Below are positions 1 to 13,653 of a DNA stretch of 64,000 nucleotides, in pieces. The translations under genes and the position numbers were made by a program. Origin of the DNA: Octopus sinensis. Taxonomy: Eukaryota. The stretch's first letter is position 1. Each line of letters begins with the position of its first letter. The DNA lies in contig NC_043015.1 of the NCBI RefSeq assembly GCF_006345805.1, positions 49,972,001 to 50,036,000 on the forward strand. Direction: 5' to 3'. The notes beneath the pieces are model-generated. The model was not told where the DNA came from. It searched no databases and saw only the letters and a program-made list of their open reading frames with translations.

Positions 1-201
1 TTTACTTGTTTCAGTCATTTCGACTTCAGCCATGCTGGAGTACCGCCTTTAGTCGAACAGATCAACCCAAGGACTTATCCTTTCTAAGCCCAGTACTTAT
101 TCTATCTGTCTCTTTTGCTGAACTGCTATGTTACGGGGATGTAAACACACCAACAGCGTTTGTCAAGTGATAGTGGGGGGTGACAAACACAGACACACAA
201 A

Positions 202-232
<31 letters not shown>

Positions 233-400
233 GACAGACTTCTTACAGTTTCTGTCAACCAAATCCACTCACAAGGCTTTGGTCAGCCTGAGGCTATAGT
301 AGAAGACACTTGCTCAAGATGTCATGCAGTGGAACTGAACCCACCCGGAACCATGTGTTTGGGAAGCAAGGTACTTACCGCACAACCCCTCCTGCACCTA
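1..400 (-). mobile_element. tRNA-derived SINE, family A (tail truncated by window edge)
   Basis: Matches the reverse complement of the full copy at 61530-61915. Confidence 0.85.
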
Positions 401-874
401 TATGCTAATGTTTAAAAAAAAATTTCAAGGCAGTGCCCCAGCATAGCCATGGTCCAATGACAAAAACAGGTGAAAGATCACCTCAACTTTTGTTTATGCT
501 TTCGCTACAAACAACCACCAGACACTTCATGTGATAATGTAAATCTTTAAAAAGTAATTTTCAGACTTAGTATTCCTCCCAATAATTATCTTTTAATCCC
601 AATTAGTAATCTTTGAAATACTAAAACCATCACTCAATCTAATATAACTCAATCCTTCCAAGTTTCCCCATTTCAGAAAACAGTTTTTCCAAGACTTAGA
701 TTCAATTTAGGTGAAAAAAAGAAAAAGCACCTGAACACAACAATTATTATTTTTTCAAAGCAACTCTTATTTAAGCCAACATTCAAACATTTATTTTCTA
801 ATAATTGTATAAACAGGCAGAATCTCATTAAAATATTTTTGAGAGATGAACGAATAAACTAAACAGTCACTTAC

Positions 875-970
875 CACAACAACATCGGCAGCAATTAAAG
901 TAATGTGAAAGAAACAAACAATGAAAACTGCATATAGTAAGGTGATGTGACCTATATAATATTCCAACAT
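875..970 (-). CDS. RNF13: First coding exon (exon 875-994, ATG at 970) encoding signal-peptide-like MLEYYIGHITLLYAVFIVCFFHITLIAADVVV; gene continues left of the window; tentatively RNF13/RNF167 (godzilla)-like PA-TM-RING E3 ligase
   Basis: Strong minus-strand acceptor (ttttttttcttgttttttctttccag) ending at 995 and donor GTG|GTAAGTG at 874. The 120-nt exon is open in frame, with Kozak-like TCTACCATG. A hydrophobic core is followed by AA-DVVV and a phase-0 intron, resembling from memory human RNF13 '...VEA-DILA|'. The exon is well supported; gene identity is tentative. Confidence 0.6.
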
Positions 971-1695
971 GGTAGACGATTTGTAGAATGGTAACTGGAA
1001 AGAAAAAACAAGAAAAAAAAGAAAATTGTTATTAGCATTAATACTAACTTAATAGGATATAAAAAATATAAAATGTCAGATTAATTCAAAATAGTCGATA
1101 ATTTGAATAGAAAAACAAAACAAAAAAAAAAGACAAAATTTACAAAATGTTATATCAGAAAATCTTTTGAAATGTATTTCAATTTGTGCATAAAAGAGTA
1201 GATGCATTTATAAAGATGCTTGCTAAGCTAAAGTTCTCTGAGTAATTTAGTCTCTAAACATGTTAATTCTATATGCTTATTCATGCACTCCACCATCACC
1301 ATCTTCATTGTTTACCCAGCTACTTCCACCCACCCACCCCTAACTATGTATCTCCACCTCTGCATGTCCCTTTATAAGGCTTTTGACTCTCAACACCTGC
1401 TATAAAGTTATCTCCCGCACTCAAATACTTCTCCAACCCACCAGCACCACCTAATAATGGGAGCTTTCTCCTTTTCCTTCCCCTTTTTCTATCTTACAAT
1501 TTATTTGGCAACCTCAGTAGTACTGTTGGTATGAAAAAAAAAGCACCCAGGACTGACTTTAGAGTGATTGGCACTGAGAAGGGCATCCAGCTAAAAAAAC
1601 CATGCCAAAGTTGACACTGGAGTTCAGCACATCCCTACTGGTCGCTGGATCTTCTCAAACCATCCACCCATACCAGCATGGAATATGGGCATTAA

Positions 1696-1806
1696 CCTTT
1701 AGCACACTGCATTTTTTTCTCTAGAGTTGTTTCCTGTTCCATTGCCCTGATACTCTAGGGAAGAAAACTCATAGGATGACATTATGCATCTACAGTGTGC
1801 TAAAGG
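1696..1806. mobile_element. Short piggyBac-type MITE
   Basis: TTAA|cctttagcacactg ... cagtgtgctaaagg|TTAA terminal inverted repeats with TTAA flanks. Confidence 0.65.
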
Positions 1807-4800
1807 TTAAGAGGTGATGATACACATTGTTGTCCATTTTTCAATTCTCTCATCACTACGTCATCAAATACAGTGAAGCCTGTGTTTTGATGATAATCTC
1901 CAGTAAAACTCAAAACACATCCAGGTCTGTCCTAGATATTTGTCAGGATATTAAAAATATTAGTCATTGACTATTACATTTTTGTCTTTATTATGCCTTA
2001 TAATGCTGGCTTCTTTAAATGTTACCATGAACTAAAAATTCTCGATTTCTTATATTTAATTCAAATATCTTTTTTATATTGGTCAAAGTTAGTATTAAAA
2101 TAGGGTTAATATCAAGACATCATAAAGGCACTTGGCGTGATGGTAAGGGTGTTGCACTCATAATCGCAAGATTGTTGTTTTGATTCCCAGACTAGGATGG
2201 TGCCTAGTATTCTTGAACAAAACACTTCACATTGCTTTTTACATGGCTCCAGCACCTGCGAGCAATGTAATGCAAATATAAATAATGTAAACATCATACA
2301 ACAGTAAGTCCATGAAACTCGTACACAGAGGAAACACAATACAATAATAGGTCCTGTTATATATTCCAAGTACAAACAATACATTACGGTCTTCGTTTGT
2401 ATCAGGAAATGATTGCTTACTTTATAAAACATTATATAGTTCTGATGCATCAGAACATTAACAAAATTGGAGCAGAGGAGGAATAAGCTTATATGACAAA
2501 TCAGGAAACAGATATTTAAAAAAAAAAAAAAAAAAAAAAAGAGCATATTAGTGTCAAAGAAACTGGAATGCAAAACTCCAAAGGTCAAAACTTCATATGT
2601 AATAAATTTCTCCTTGAAGCCAGTTAAAATCAAGTACATATGAAGTACCCTTATTTCATTTGTCCCAATCAAACATGCTGGAAATAAATCAACTTATCCA
2701 ATTTTATTGACATAAGACTCATGTTAATAAAGGTTATCTTCCTGGAAATATTTCAAATGAGTAAACATCTAAATTATAATAAAAATTACTCAATATGTAA
2801 TATGGTTATACATCATTTAACAAATGTTGTCTTTTTTTTGCTTCTTTTTTCCTGTTGTATTTAACTTCCTCCTATGATAATCAATAAACAAAATATTTTT
2901 GTTCTTTTCCTAACCTATTTAACCAACTTACTGAATACAAATCAATAAATTAAAGGGCAATGTATAAACCATGCATGGAGGAACACAGCTCATGTCCAGT
3001 ATTTGCCCCGAACCACACAGCCCCTGCAAATACTTGTCTAACCACTAACAAAACATCTACACACATCAGGATATAAATTCTAACATGGCTATTTTTAATA
3101 CCTAATTCACGTACACCAAAATAACTACAATATCAACAATCAAAGTAAGCCCAAGTCATGTACAGCAATGCCAACCATCTGCAGGGAATTTCATTGGGTT
3201 GAAATTTCACTTTGGTCATCAACCCCTCTTAGCCTTCACATCATCATCATCATCATTTAAAGTGTGTTGTCCGTGCTGGCATGGGTTGGACAGTTTGACC
3301 AGAGATGACAAGCTACAGCAGACTGCAGTCTGATTTGGTATGGTTTCTATGGCTGGATGTCCTTCCTTATGCCAACCCCACTTTACAGAGTGTGGTGGGT
3401 GTTTTTATGTGGCACAGCACAAGTGCTTTTGTGTAGAATCACATGGGCACTTTTACGCAGCATTGCAAGGGTGGTTTTTACGCAGCATCACACAGGTACT
3501 TTTACATGGTTCCACAGGGGCACCTTTACATGAAGCTTGCTTACAACCATCATGTGATGTCAAGAAAAGAGTAGACAGACCTACATGCATACATGTGTCA
3601 GGTGCATGTGTGAGTTTCCATTGACCAGATCCACTCACAAGGCTTTCCTCTGCCTGGGGCTGAACAAGACAAGCCTAAGGTGCCACACAATGGAAATGAA
3701 CTTAAAACCATATGGTTGGGAAGCAAGCTACTTAGCCACACAGCCATGCCAACTATATATATATATATAAATGTTTGTAGGCATGGTGTTATATATCAAG
3801 CCATTGACTCGAATTTGATGTTTGTTCTCTGAAGCAACCACATAAACTTGGAAACAGCTTGCAGGTGAAAGTGCAGTCAATCACAAACTCTGCATACTAG
3901 ATGCCAGTTGGATCCAGGGGTCATCAGAAGAGAATGTACACTATTTTCAGGGGTTTCCTCTTGATGGCTTTACAGCACACTGGGGCCCCTCACTGGCACA
4001 ATACACTACCTACTGTATAAACTCATTAATATTTAACCTCCAGTCCATTTCAGGATCATCATCATCTCTGGCCAGATTTCATCATTGCTTTTCAGCCATA
4101 TCCAAAGGCTCGCCCTTTCAAAGGTCGCCTGGATCCCCTTCAAGATGGTGTTTACTTGCCAATTAGACACCAACTGATAGCAGCCACTGTCTCAATCTAG
4201 TGCCAATAAAATCCCTACATCCAACTTCTACAGAAAAGTGTACGGCACTCCGACCAGCATCTAAAGTCTTCCAGTAGCATCTAAATTGTCTGCAAATTGA
4301 ATTCAACCCTAACCATTGAATTCAAACAATTAATTCAACAAGGTGTATTATCTTACATTCATCACACTAGAATGTCGTTTCTAGCAGGTCAAGGAACCAC
4401 ATACATACTCCCAGTACAAGGTGGCATTCACTTCGTAATAAAACTTGCTAAAAAAACAACAACCACAGACCAATTTAACTGAATTGTTAAATGTCAAAAT
4501 TAGTGCCAAAAAGAGTTAAGAATAAGAGTTAAAAACCAATCAATTTATGTCCCAAAGATAAAACTTTTGAATAAGGAGAGTTAATTACAGAGATGAATGG
4601 ATAGATTTAATACATATAATATACATATAAAAAAAAACTATTCAATTAGCAATTTACAATAGTAAAGATAAGTGTTTATCTTCAGACAGGACCACCTTTT
4701 TGCAAATACATATTATAGAAATAACATTAGTGAAACAAACAGTGATGTTTGTAGACCACTTGAGCAGTTTTAAAGTAGATGTCAACTATTCAGGGAGAAT

Positions 4801-4989
4801 AGCTGTACAATGCTAATATAGAAGAGACACATAATGGAAGGTAAATTTCTCCATTATTATTACTATTTAGATGCAGACATGTCTGTGTAGTTACAATGTT
4901 CACTCTGCAAGCAAATACAAAACATACACACACACACACTCTCCCTCTCTCTCAACCCTTCTTGATCTGACTTGTCTTATTTTCATGTA

Positions 4990-5240
4990 CACAGATTCCA
5001 AGACTTTAAGACCATCATGCTTGAAGATGCCAGAGACAGTGCTCCTACTGTGACCTTCAAAAGTGTGCTCCAAAGTGTTTCCAATCTTGACCAAATTCTT
5101 CACTCTTTCTTCACATGTACTTATTCTATCTTCAGGATACACACAACTGCCTGACGTATTCCAGAAACGGGACAACAACTGCTCTCATCCTGACAATTAC
5201 TGGTGTATCACCTTCACTGTCAATACTTGTAAGTGGTCAC
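4990..5240 (+). pseudogene. Decayed LINE (CR1/Jockey group) reverse-transcriptase fragment
   Basis: Translation FQKRDNNCSHPDNYWCITFTVNTCK resembles the RT motif PKKGD..P.NYRPISL.S..K. Confidence 0.45.
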
Positions 5241-7129
5241 AGGCTTTGTTAGAAATAGCAGCCAACTTCCCTTAAATTACACAATCACTTAACTTTTTAC
5301 GTCTGTCATAAGTCCCAGGATCCACTAGGCCAGAGCTTAACCAGATTTCTATGGCTCTTAAGTGATTGAGAACACAATACCCACCACTGGATGGGATGCT
5401 AGTCTGTCGCAGAGTTAACTTCACAGCTACTACTGGAACCAGTTTACAGATGAGTGGACTAGAGTAACATGAAATGAAGCATTTGTTCAATGACAAACTG
5501 TGCCAGTCAGTCTAGTAATTGAAACTACAATCTTATGATCATGACTGCAACACCAAAACCACTAGGTCACGTGCCTTCACCAATTACACCATACCATCTC
5601 ATAAAAAAAAAGGAAAAAAACATTACATAATGTAATCGTGAAAAAGTGATCACGGGTGGAAAAATCTTTGATTATAGGTTTACTTGATAAACAACAGGGG
5701 AACATCTAAAGACAAGTGCAGTGGATCGAGTCTACTCTGGCCACCACCAGAACTTCCAAGCACAAGACACAAGAAAAGAGAGAGAGAGAAATAAGAAGAA
5801 AAAATAAAAGGCTGAACAGACTGCTACACTACTACAATATGGTGTCTAAGCGGAGAAATAGTAATCTTAAGCAACAGATCTATGGGATCAAATGTAGTTG
5901 TTCCACAGTCAACTACCTACATACCAGAACAAGACAATTCAATCAAAGCTGACCTACAAACACACTTAATAGCTTCTGTGATTACTTGGCACAGAAATAA
6001 CAAAAGGAAGTGGCTGCAAGTAAGAGTACGTCTGTCAGACAGGACAATCCAATAACATGTTGTAAGGAGGTTAGAAGAGAACAGTGAGGCAATGACAAGT
6101 GAATATATATATATATACATATATAAAATCAAATCTGTAAATGCTTGTTACATCAATTGAGCACAGAAACAGGAATGTACGATAAAAACTAAAGACATTA
6201 ACCCTTCACCTGTCCTGTGAACTGTATATTTCCTTGGTGCCCATGTATTATATACACTATGCATTCCTAATTTTATTTTAACCATCAGAGAAACTTAGGA
6301 CCTGTGTGAAAAGAAAGATTTATATTGCTCAGAACATATGAAACAAGGGCTAGCTAAAGGTTTGAAAACAAGCAGGGATGTTTAGGACAAACTTATAAAA
6401 ATACTTTGGACAGGCAAAGGGATAAAGGACAAAAGCACAAGATTTATCCCTTTAGCATTTAAACTGGCCATATCCAAGGTACATGACTCAGTGGTGAGAA
6501 CATGGGGCTCACAACCATGAGGTTGTGAATTTGAGTCCCGGATCTTAATTTCAAATTGCTCCAGTTCACTCAGCTGTAGAAATGAGTTGCAAAGTCACTG
6601 GTGTCAAGCTGTATCGGCCTTTGCCTTTCCCTTGGATAATATCAGCGGCGTGGAGAAGTGGGTGCAGGTATTCATGGGTGACTACTGGTCTTCCATAAAC
6701 AACCATGCCCAGACTTGTGCTTCAGAGGTTAACTTTTTAGGGACAATTTCATGGTCATTCATGACCAAAGGGGATGGAAGGATCAATCGAAAAATTATTT
6801 AAATTCATCTATCATAGCTTTCCTGTTCTGAAATTCCCATTCAAAACCACAAATTCTGTGGAATAAAATGAGGTATATTTCTTTGATATGTCTGTCAACC
6901 AGGCCAGTGGTACCAAAAGAATTCTTAAAGCCCACTTCCGAAAAAAGGAAGAAATTGTCATGGTTATTTCCTTTATTTGTTTCCTGGTTTCAATCACTGG
7001 ACTACAGCTATGATCAGTTTTAATGATTATATTGATTTAGCCCAAGGCATTGTCTGGAAATTATTCTATTAACCTCAGAAGAAATGAAGTGAAAGTCAAT
7101 CTGGTCACAAGGAATATTCATTTCTAGTC

Positions 7130-7325
7130 TAGACACAAAGCTCTAAATCTTTGGTGAGGGGGCCCAGTTGGTTAGATCGACCCCAGTAATGAAACTGTTA
7201 CTTAATTTATCGACCCCAAAAGGATGAAAGTCAAATTCGAGCTCGGCAGAATTTGAACCCAGAACGTAAAGACAGACGAAATATCATTAAGCATATTGCC
7301 CAGCATTCTAACATTTCTGCCAGCT
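7130..7325 (-). mobile_element. SINE family B (MetaSINE-like central domain); other copies ~12190-12380, 13895-14290, 30590-31028, 35093-35320, 40340-40500, 57217-57340, 59517-59810
   Basis: Recurrent gcctttcatcctttcggggtcgataaattaagtaccag domain with B-box-like gagttcaaattcc. Confidence 0.75.
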
Positions 7326-7439
7326 TGAAGGAATATTACAACACAAATGCACACAACTAAACATCACAATTTACTTTTTGCTCAAATTTACAATATTCCA
7401 ACCCCCAGCCTGGTATACATGTGTCTGAGTGTGTGTATT

Positions 7440-8070
7440 CCTTTTTTTACCTTTTTTCTTTCACTCATCTCAGTCGTTTGACAGCTGCCATGCTGGAGCA
7501 CTGCCTTTCAGTCAAATGAATCAACCCCAGGATTTATTCTTTGTAAGCCTAGTACTTAGTCTATTGGTCTCTTTTGCTGAACTGCTAAGTTATGGGGACA
7601 TAAACACACCAACATTGGTTGTCAAGCAATGGTGGGGGGACAAACAAAGACACACAAACATATAATAATATAAATAATATATAAATATATGCATACATAC
7701 ATACATGTGTATATATACATGCATATATGGGTACAAGACATCAAAAACCGTGAACAAAATGAGAACATAAAAAACAAAAACATAGAAAAGGAACTTTTTT
7801 TGAACAACGAAAGAAACAAATAGAGAAATGAGACAGGCAACGTAAAGACCAATCCCTTTATCAGTTGTCCCCTGTTTTATTTACTCTGCGTTTCAAAGGT
7901 AGGGACAAGACGCGACGACAGGCTTCTTTCACTTTCTATCTACCAAATCCACTCACAAGGCTTTGGTTGGCACAAGGCTATAGCAGAAGACACTTGCCTA
8001 ATGTGCCACACAGTGGGACTGAACCCAGAACCATGTGGTTGGGAAACAAGCTTTTTACCACATGCCACAG
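7440..8070 (-). mobile_element. SINE family A with an insert (~7725-7915) in its internal microsatellite
   Basis: SINE 3' and 5' halves separated by a segment similar to 33613-33791. Confidence 0.75.
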
Positions 8071-8715
8071 ACATATATATTATAGGTTACTGTTTGTAGC
8101 TGAATTCATTTCAAAATACATCATTAATAAAGACTTAATCATATATTTCTCAATGCTTCTACATTTGTATTCTAAGCACACACACACACACCACACACAC
8201 ACATAGCATAGCATAATGATTAGGTTTTCACAGTTTCACTCAAATCTTTGGTCAAGCTAAGGCTATGACAGAAAATTTGTCCAAGGTACAGTGAAATTGA
8301 ACCTGAATCCCATTGTTGCAAAGCATATTTCTTAACCACAGAGTCATGTCTGCATTTAAAGTTTAAATTGTTGAAAATTTCTGATGACTTGCAACTGGAG
8401 AGAGAAATAAATAGGTGGGAGCTTTATGAAGCGTTCCAGTCATTAGGTTGATAGCAACAGACATGCATAGGAGGAGGAAGAGTTCATTATTTAACATCCA
8501 TTTTCCATACTGGTATGGGTTGGACAGTTTGAGCAGATGCCCTTCCCAATGCCAACCACTTTACAGAGCAGGCTGAGTGCATTTTACATGGCACAGTAAA
8601 GGTGCTTTTAACATGGTGCCAGCATGAGTGCATTTTACATGGCAGTGGCACAAAGGCTTTTTATGTGGCACTGGCATAGGTAATTTTCATGTGGCATAAG
8701 CACAGGAAGGGAGCA

Positions 8716-8900
8716 TTAACAATTCTGCTGTGGTGGACGAGTCATCTTGAGTACAAGGCGCCAGACATCTTGGTCCTCTGTCATCTCCTTCATAAAACTC
8801 AATGACCCAAGATTGGCCTTCAGTACTTTTTCCCAGGTCTTCCTGGGTTTCCTTCTTCCATGAATTTTATCCACTTTAAGTGGTCCGCACAGCACCAACT
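8716..8900 (-). pseudogene. RTE-clade LINE 3' fragment
   Basis: GRRKPRKTWEKVLKANLGSLSFMKEMTEDQDVWR matches the RTE C-terminal RGRPRKTW...D...DR..WR pattern; similar piece at ~44150-44270. Confidence 0.7.
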
Positions 8901-11900
8901 GCTTTTAAGGATTTCTCTAAATCTGTTCTGTCGATAGTAAATCACATAGCTCTGTATTAAATCAGATTTCATTTCCTATAAACACGAGTGAATGGTGCCA
9001 AATCTTCTTGTCACCGTATTTATGTTAAAGTACACAACCTTTCTTCCAGTTACTTTTGAAAATAATGAAGAATTTCTTAAAATAACCATGTCATAATTAG
9101 AGTGGTGTTTGGAACATAAATACAGAATTTTAATGGAAGGTTTTAATTTACCTCACTTTAATACAGGGAATTTGGATCACAGAACCAAGTGTGGTTCCTG
9201 GCAGGTTGGTATAAAAAAAAAAGAAAATATAAATAGACAGGCATGGCCACATTGTTAAGAAGCTTGCTTTGCAAACCATGTGGTTTCAATTCCAGTCCCA
9301 TTGTGCAACACCTTGGGCAAGTGTTTTCTTTTAAAGATCCAAGATAACCAATGCCGTGTGTGCGCATGTCTGAGCGAGAGAGAGAGATAGTGTGTGTGTG
9401 TGTGTGTGTGTGCATGCGCGTGTCATTGTTGATCACGGCTCTTGACAACTGGTGTTTGTTTACGCCACCATAACTTAACAGTTCATCAAAAGAGACCCAC
9501 AGAATAAGTATCAGATTTAAGACATAAGTACCGAGGTCGATTTGCTGGACTAAAGCCCTTGAATGCAGTACCCCAGCATGGCCACGGTCAGAAGCAATAA
9601 CTGAAACAAGTAAAAGTAAAAAAAAAACATTCATAAAAAAACAAAACAAAAGGAACTAGAAAGAAATGTCCCCTTTTGACAGTTATTTAAAATATACCAA
9701 TAGTTGTTGCTTAAATAAAATCAGAAACAAACAGACCCCTTCAACTCCTAAACAGGGTCACAAAGACTACATGTGTCTGGAATATGTCAGTGTTTGTGTC
9801 TATAATAAATGTGGACAGGGAAAAAACTGACAGAACAATACTGCAGTCATGTTAAATAAAGTCAGTTGGGAAAGAATCAATAACAGTTATCTGTCAGTAG
9901 CTGGACTACTGCTGCTGCTACTACTACTATTTGTAGTTCTTGAAACTGTTTTAGCAGCAGTAAAAGACTCATGACCATTCTTGCGCTTTGTAGCCAAGGA
10001 CAGCAGATCGAGAGAGAAAAAAAAAATTAAATAAATAAAGGCAAGAGTCACTTGTGGTATTTGTACGAACTAACAAACATACACAAAGCCAAAGAGACAA
10101 CCAAGCTAAGCAACTAAAAATAATAGTCAGAAAAATTAACATAAATGTAACTTTTTTTTTAATTATTATTTTTTTTTTTTTCCCCAATTAACAATAGTCT
10201 TGCTAGTGCAGATAGAGTGTGAAAAATTATTTCAAGGATAGTTAAAATAGCCAAAACAGCAGTAGCAGCTATTGCTGCGGCTAGTACTACTGCGGGCTGG
10301 GTGTTGATAGAATTAAATTTGGGTTTTTTTTTTCAATTGTGAGTTCAAATTCCAATTGAGGTCTACATTGCTTTCCTTTATTTCACTGGGATTGATAAAA
10401 CAAGTACAGCCATAGATAAACTGTGCCGTAAATATGGTTATGCTGCAGCTGAATTTAGACAAAACAACCTTGTGTGAGAACGAAAGGACAACTGTAGGCA
10501 TGTTTCAATCTTATTAGCTCTCATCAGTGAAACAGACTTGACTTCACTGTACTTGTTAAAACAGTGATGAGAGAATCATAGATGTACTTTATTGTGATTC
10601 ATCAGCATCTCAGCAAATATAGTGAAGTCTATCTTTATTGAGGAGGTTTGATACCATACCACGAAAATATATGCAATGTTATCTCTGATATGGCTGAAAT
10701 GATTGAAGTAATATTAATCATTAAACCAATGTTGTATCTACCTCACTGCATAAGTATTTCTAATTAGATTATTCATTATGCTCACTGCATTATGTTAACA
10801 TTCACACACCTTAACTTGGGACCTCAACTCCTGATAGAGTCAGAAGGATACCTTTGAAACATATGACCTGGTCTGTCTCAAGCATTTTTATATCTGGCAG
10901 AGCCCCATCTGAACAATCAACTTCAGTGATGTATACTTTTTATTTATATGCCACCAGCATGTAAAAAGCACCTTTCAAGCGTTGGACCTCTTAGTGGTTA
11001 TATGGCTGATGCCAATGTCATGAAAGTAGCATTTGTGCCAGTGTTGCACAGCTAACAACTGTGCCAGTGGCATGTAAAAAGCACTTTCAAACGTTGGGCC
11101 TCACAGAGTCAATGACAAATGACCAAGACTTTCAACAACATGCTGTGCTTGAGCAGAAAACCCATCAAGCCAAGTGAAATCATAGGTGTGGCAGATATTG
11201 GTGTTACATAACCGACATCCATGCTGGTGGCATGCAAAAGCACCCGTTACACTCTCAGAGTGGTTGGCATTAGGAAGGGCGTCCGTCTGTAGAAACCATT
11301 CCAAACCAGACTGGAGTCTGGTGCAGCCCTCAGCTTGCCAGTCCTAATCAACCCAGCCAAACCATGCCAGCATGGACAACAGACGTTAAATGTTGATGAG
11401 GATATTAACCAATAAATCAATGAATTTTCTAGTAAATGACAAGAAAATACTCTACATTCAACAGCTCAGTCCAGCTCCTGTAAAATAATAGGTTGGACAA
11501 CTCACCATTGTTAAACCGACTACTGTTTCATTAGCCTGCCAAACCAAGTTCAGTTTTACCCCACCAGCAGTGCAGCGAGGCACACTCCAACAAGTGGACT
11601 TGATTTTTTGATACACTACATTAAAACCAAACCAGTTTGTTGCTGTCCTTAGTTGAGTTTAAAATCATAGTATTTAAAGCCAAGAGAATTTGTATCAGAA
11701 AAAAATGTGTAGTATTTGTAAAACAGAGCAAGAAGTAAATAAGAAGGCAGAGTTGCAATACAGATAAAGAAAGAGACGAAAGTAGGCTAGGAGCTCAAAA
11801 AAAAAGATTTATGACAATGATATGTAATATGTAAGATGATTTCGAATATTTACAGACAGTGACTGTAATCCGAGAAAGATATTTCTTTATAAATGCACTA

Positions 11901-12407
11901 TTGTGTTTGCTATCATCAAACAATACTGTTGGGTAAGACTCTGTAACCATCACAATATTTGACTTTCAAAAGCCAGTTGTTTAATTCTTTCCCCTCTACA
12001 TCGGTATCCATATTAACATGATAAAGAGCTTGAGATATCATATGAGTTGCCAACTGATTAAGAAAATTTGAAAATAGTGAGCATTCTCACCCTCTGAAAT
12101 GTAATTAGCTATACAGCTCCTCTACAACAAGAACCTGCTCACCCATCCCCCTCTCATACTATAACCTCCACCAACTCATATCATACCTATTTCTTTACCA
12201 CCCACAAGGGGCTAAACACAGAGGGGACAAACAAGGACACGCAAACGGATTAAGTCATCGACTCCGAAAGGATGAAAGGGAAAGTCGACCTCGGCAGAAT
12301 TTGAACTCAAAACGTATTGGCAGACAAAATACGGCTATGCATTTCGCCCGGCGTACTAATGATTCTGCCAGCTCGCCGCCTTATACCATACCCACTCATA
12401 TCATACC

Positions 12408-12620
12408 AGTATTGGACCGATGATGAGGCTGTATCTGCTGTTGAGGACTTTTTTGAGGGTCAGGATGAGAGCTTCTATACTATGGGAATCCAAGCACTGA
12501 AACACCGATGAAAGAAGTGTATGGACTGCAGGGGAGACTTTGGTAAAAGATAAAACACATTTGGTCAAGTTCGATCATTGCATCGTGGTCAGCCTATGAA
12601 CTTTTCAGTCCACCATCGTA
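12408..12620 (+). mobile_element. Mariner 3' fragment with right TIR
   Basis: YWTDDEAVSAVEDFFEGQDESFYTMGIQALKHR*KKCMDCRGD is a mariner C-terminus; ends gaacttttcagtccaccatcg-TA. Confidence 0.8.
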
Positions 12621-12794
12621 GTTCTGGTCTGATCAATGCCTTATGAATAAATATGGTAGACAGAAACAGTGTGGAAGCCTGTCATGTGGGTGTATGTGTA
12701 TATATGTGTATGAGTATGCATATATGTAAGTGTGTGTAGCTTTGTATTTGCATGACACCTGATGTTGGTTTATTTATAACCCCATATCTTAGCT

Positions 12795-13653
12795 CAGTGT
12801 TTCTCAACCTTTTAACCCTTGTGTAACCGTTAAAATAATTATGTACCATATCTTTCTCATATTTTTTTCACTGTAGTTCACATGGTAAGTATCATATATA
12901 TATATCACGTGACCGACCACACCATCAGATGTTACACATCACTGGTCACAATGCGTTTGTATTGTTTTAGCCTTCGAATGACGCAACCCCGCTGGCTAAG
13001 TGAGCAGGCCAACAGAAGAAAGAGTGGGAGAAAGAGTGGTGAAAGAGTACAGCAGGGATCACCACCCCCTGCCAGAGCCTTGTGGAGCTTTTAGGTGTTT
13101 TCACTCAATACACACTCACAACGCCCGGTCTGGGAATCGAAACCGCGATCCTACGACCGCGAGTCCACTGCCCTAACCACTGAGCCGTTGCGCCTCCACT
13201 ATATATATATATATATATAATCATCAACATCGTCGTCATTTAACGTCCGTTTTCAATGCTGGCATGCATTGGACTGTTCACCTGAGGTCTGGAGAGCCAG
13301 CGGTTGCACCAGGCTCCAATCCGATCTGGCAATGTTTCTACAGCTGGATAACCTTCCTAATGCTAACCACTTCGAGAGTGTAGTGTGTGCTTTTTCATTA
13401 TATATATTATATATATATATACATAAATTATAGACATCACTAAATATATCCACAATGGTTGTTATATTTTTTTTTATAACATAATCAATTAGATAGGATG
13501 TCTATATTACAATAACCAATAATATGTTGTGTATGTATAGCAATATTATGATTGAGGAATTAGCATTAGCTTATCTCACTCTTTCTTGCGGAACCCCTAG
13601 GAACCTTTCACAGAACCCTAGGGTTCCGGAGGAACCTTGGTTGAGAAGCACTG
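12795..13653. mobile_element. hAT (Charlie-type) MITE inserted in a SINE, itself carrying nested SINEs
   Basis: TIRs CAGTGTTTCTCAACC / GGTTGAGAAGCACTG; degenerate 8-bp TSD tcttagct/actttgct. Confidence 0.75.
12905..13200 (-). mobile_element. tRNA-derived SINE (young, CpG-rich)
   Basis: Minus-strand head gtggaggcgcaacggctcagtggttagggc...ggtttcgattccc with A and B boxes, flanked by (TA)n. Confidence 0.8.

Noticed and set aside
128-415. Recurring ORFs with 'SVSVYQIHSQGFG...VEDTCPRCHAVGLNPEPCG'
   Set aside because: Translations of the reverse strand of SINE family A, not a protein family
2112-2672. Longest ORF (186 aa, minus strand)
   Set aside because: Non-ATG start, runs through a poly-T tract and a SINE fragment, no domain or splice support
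11478-11510. Minus-strand splice signals (GTGAGT donor, ttttacag acceptor)
   Set aside because: Only ~25 nt apart, too short for an intron, and no partner sites identified
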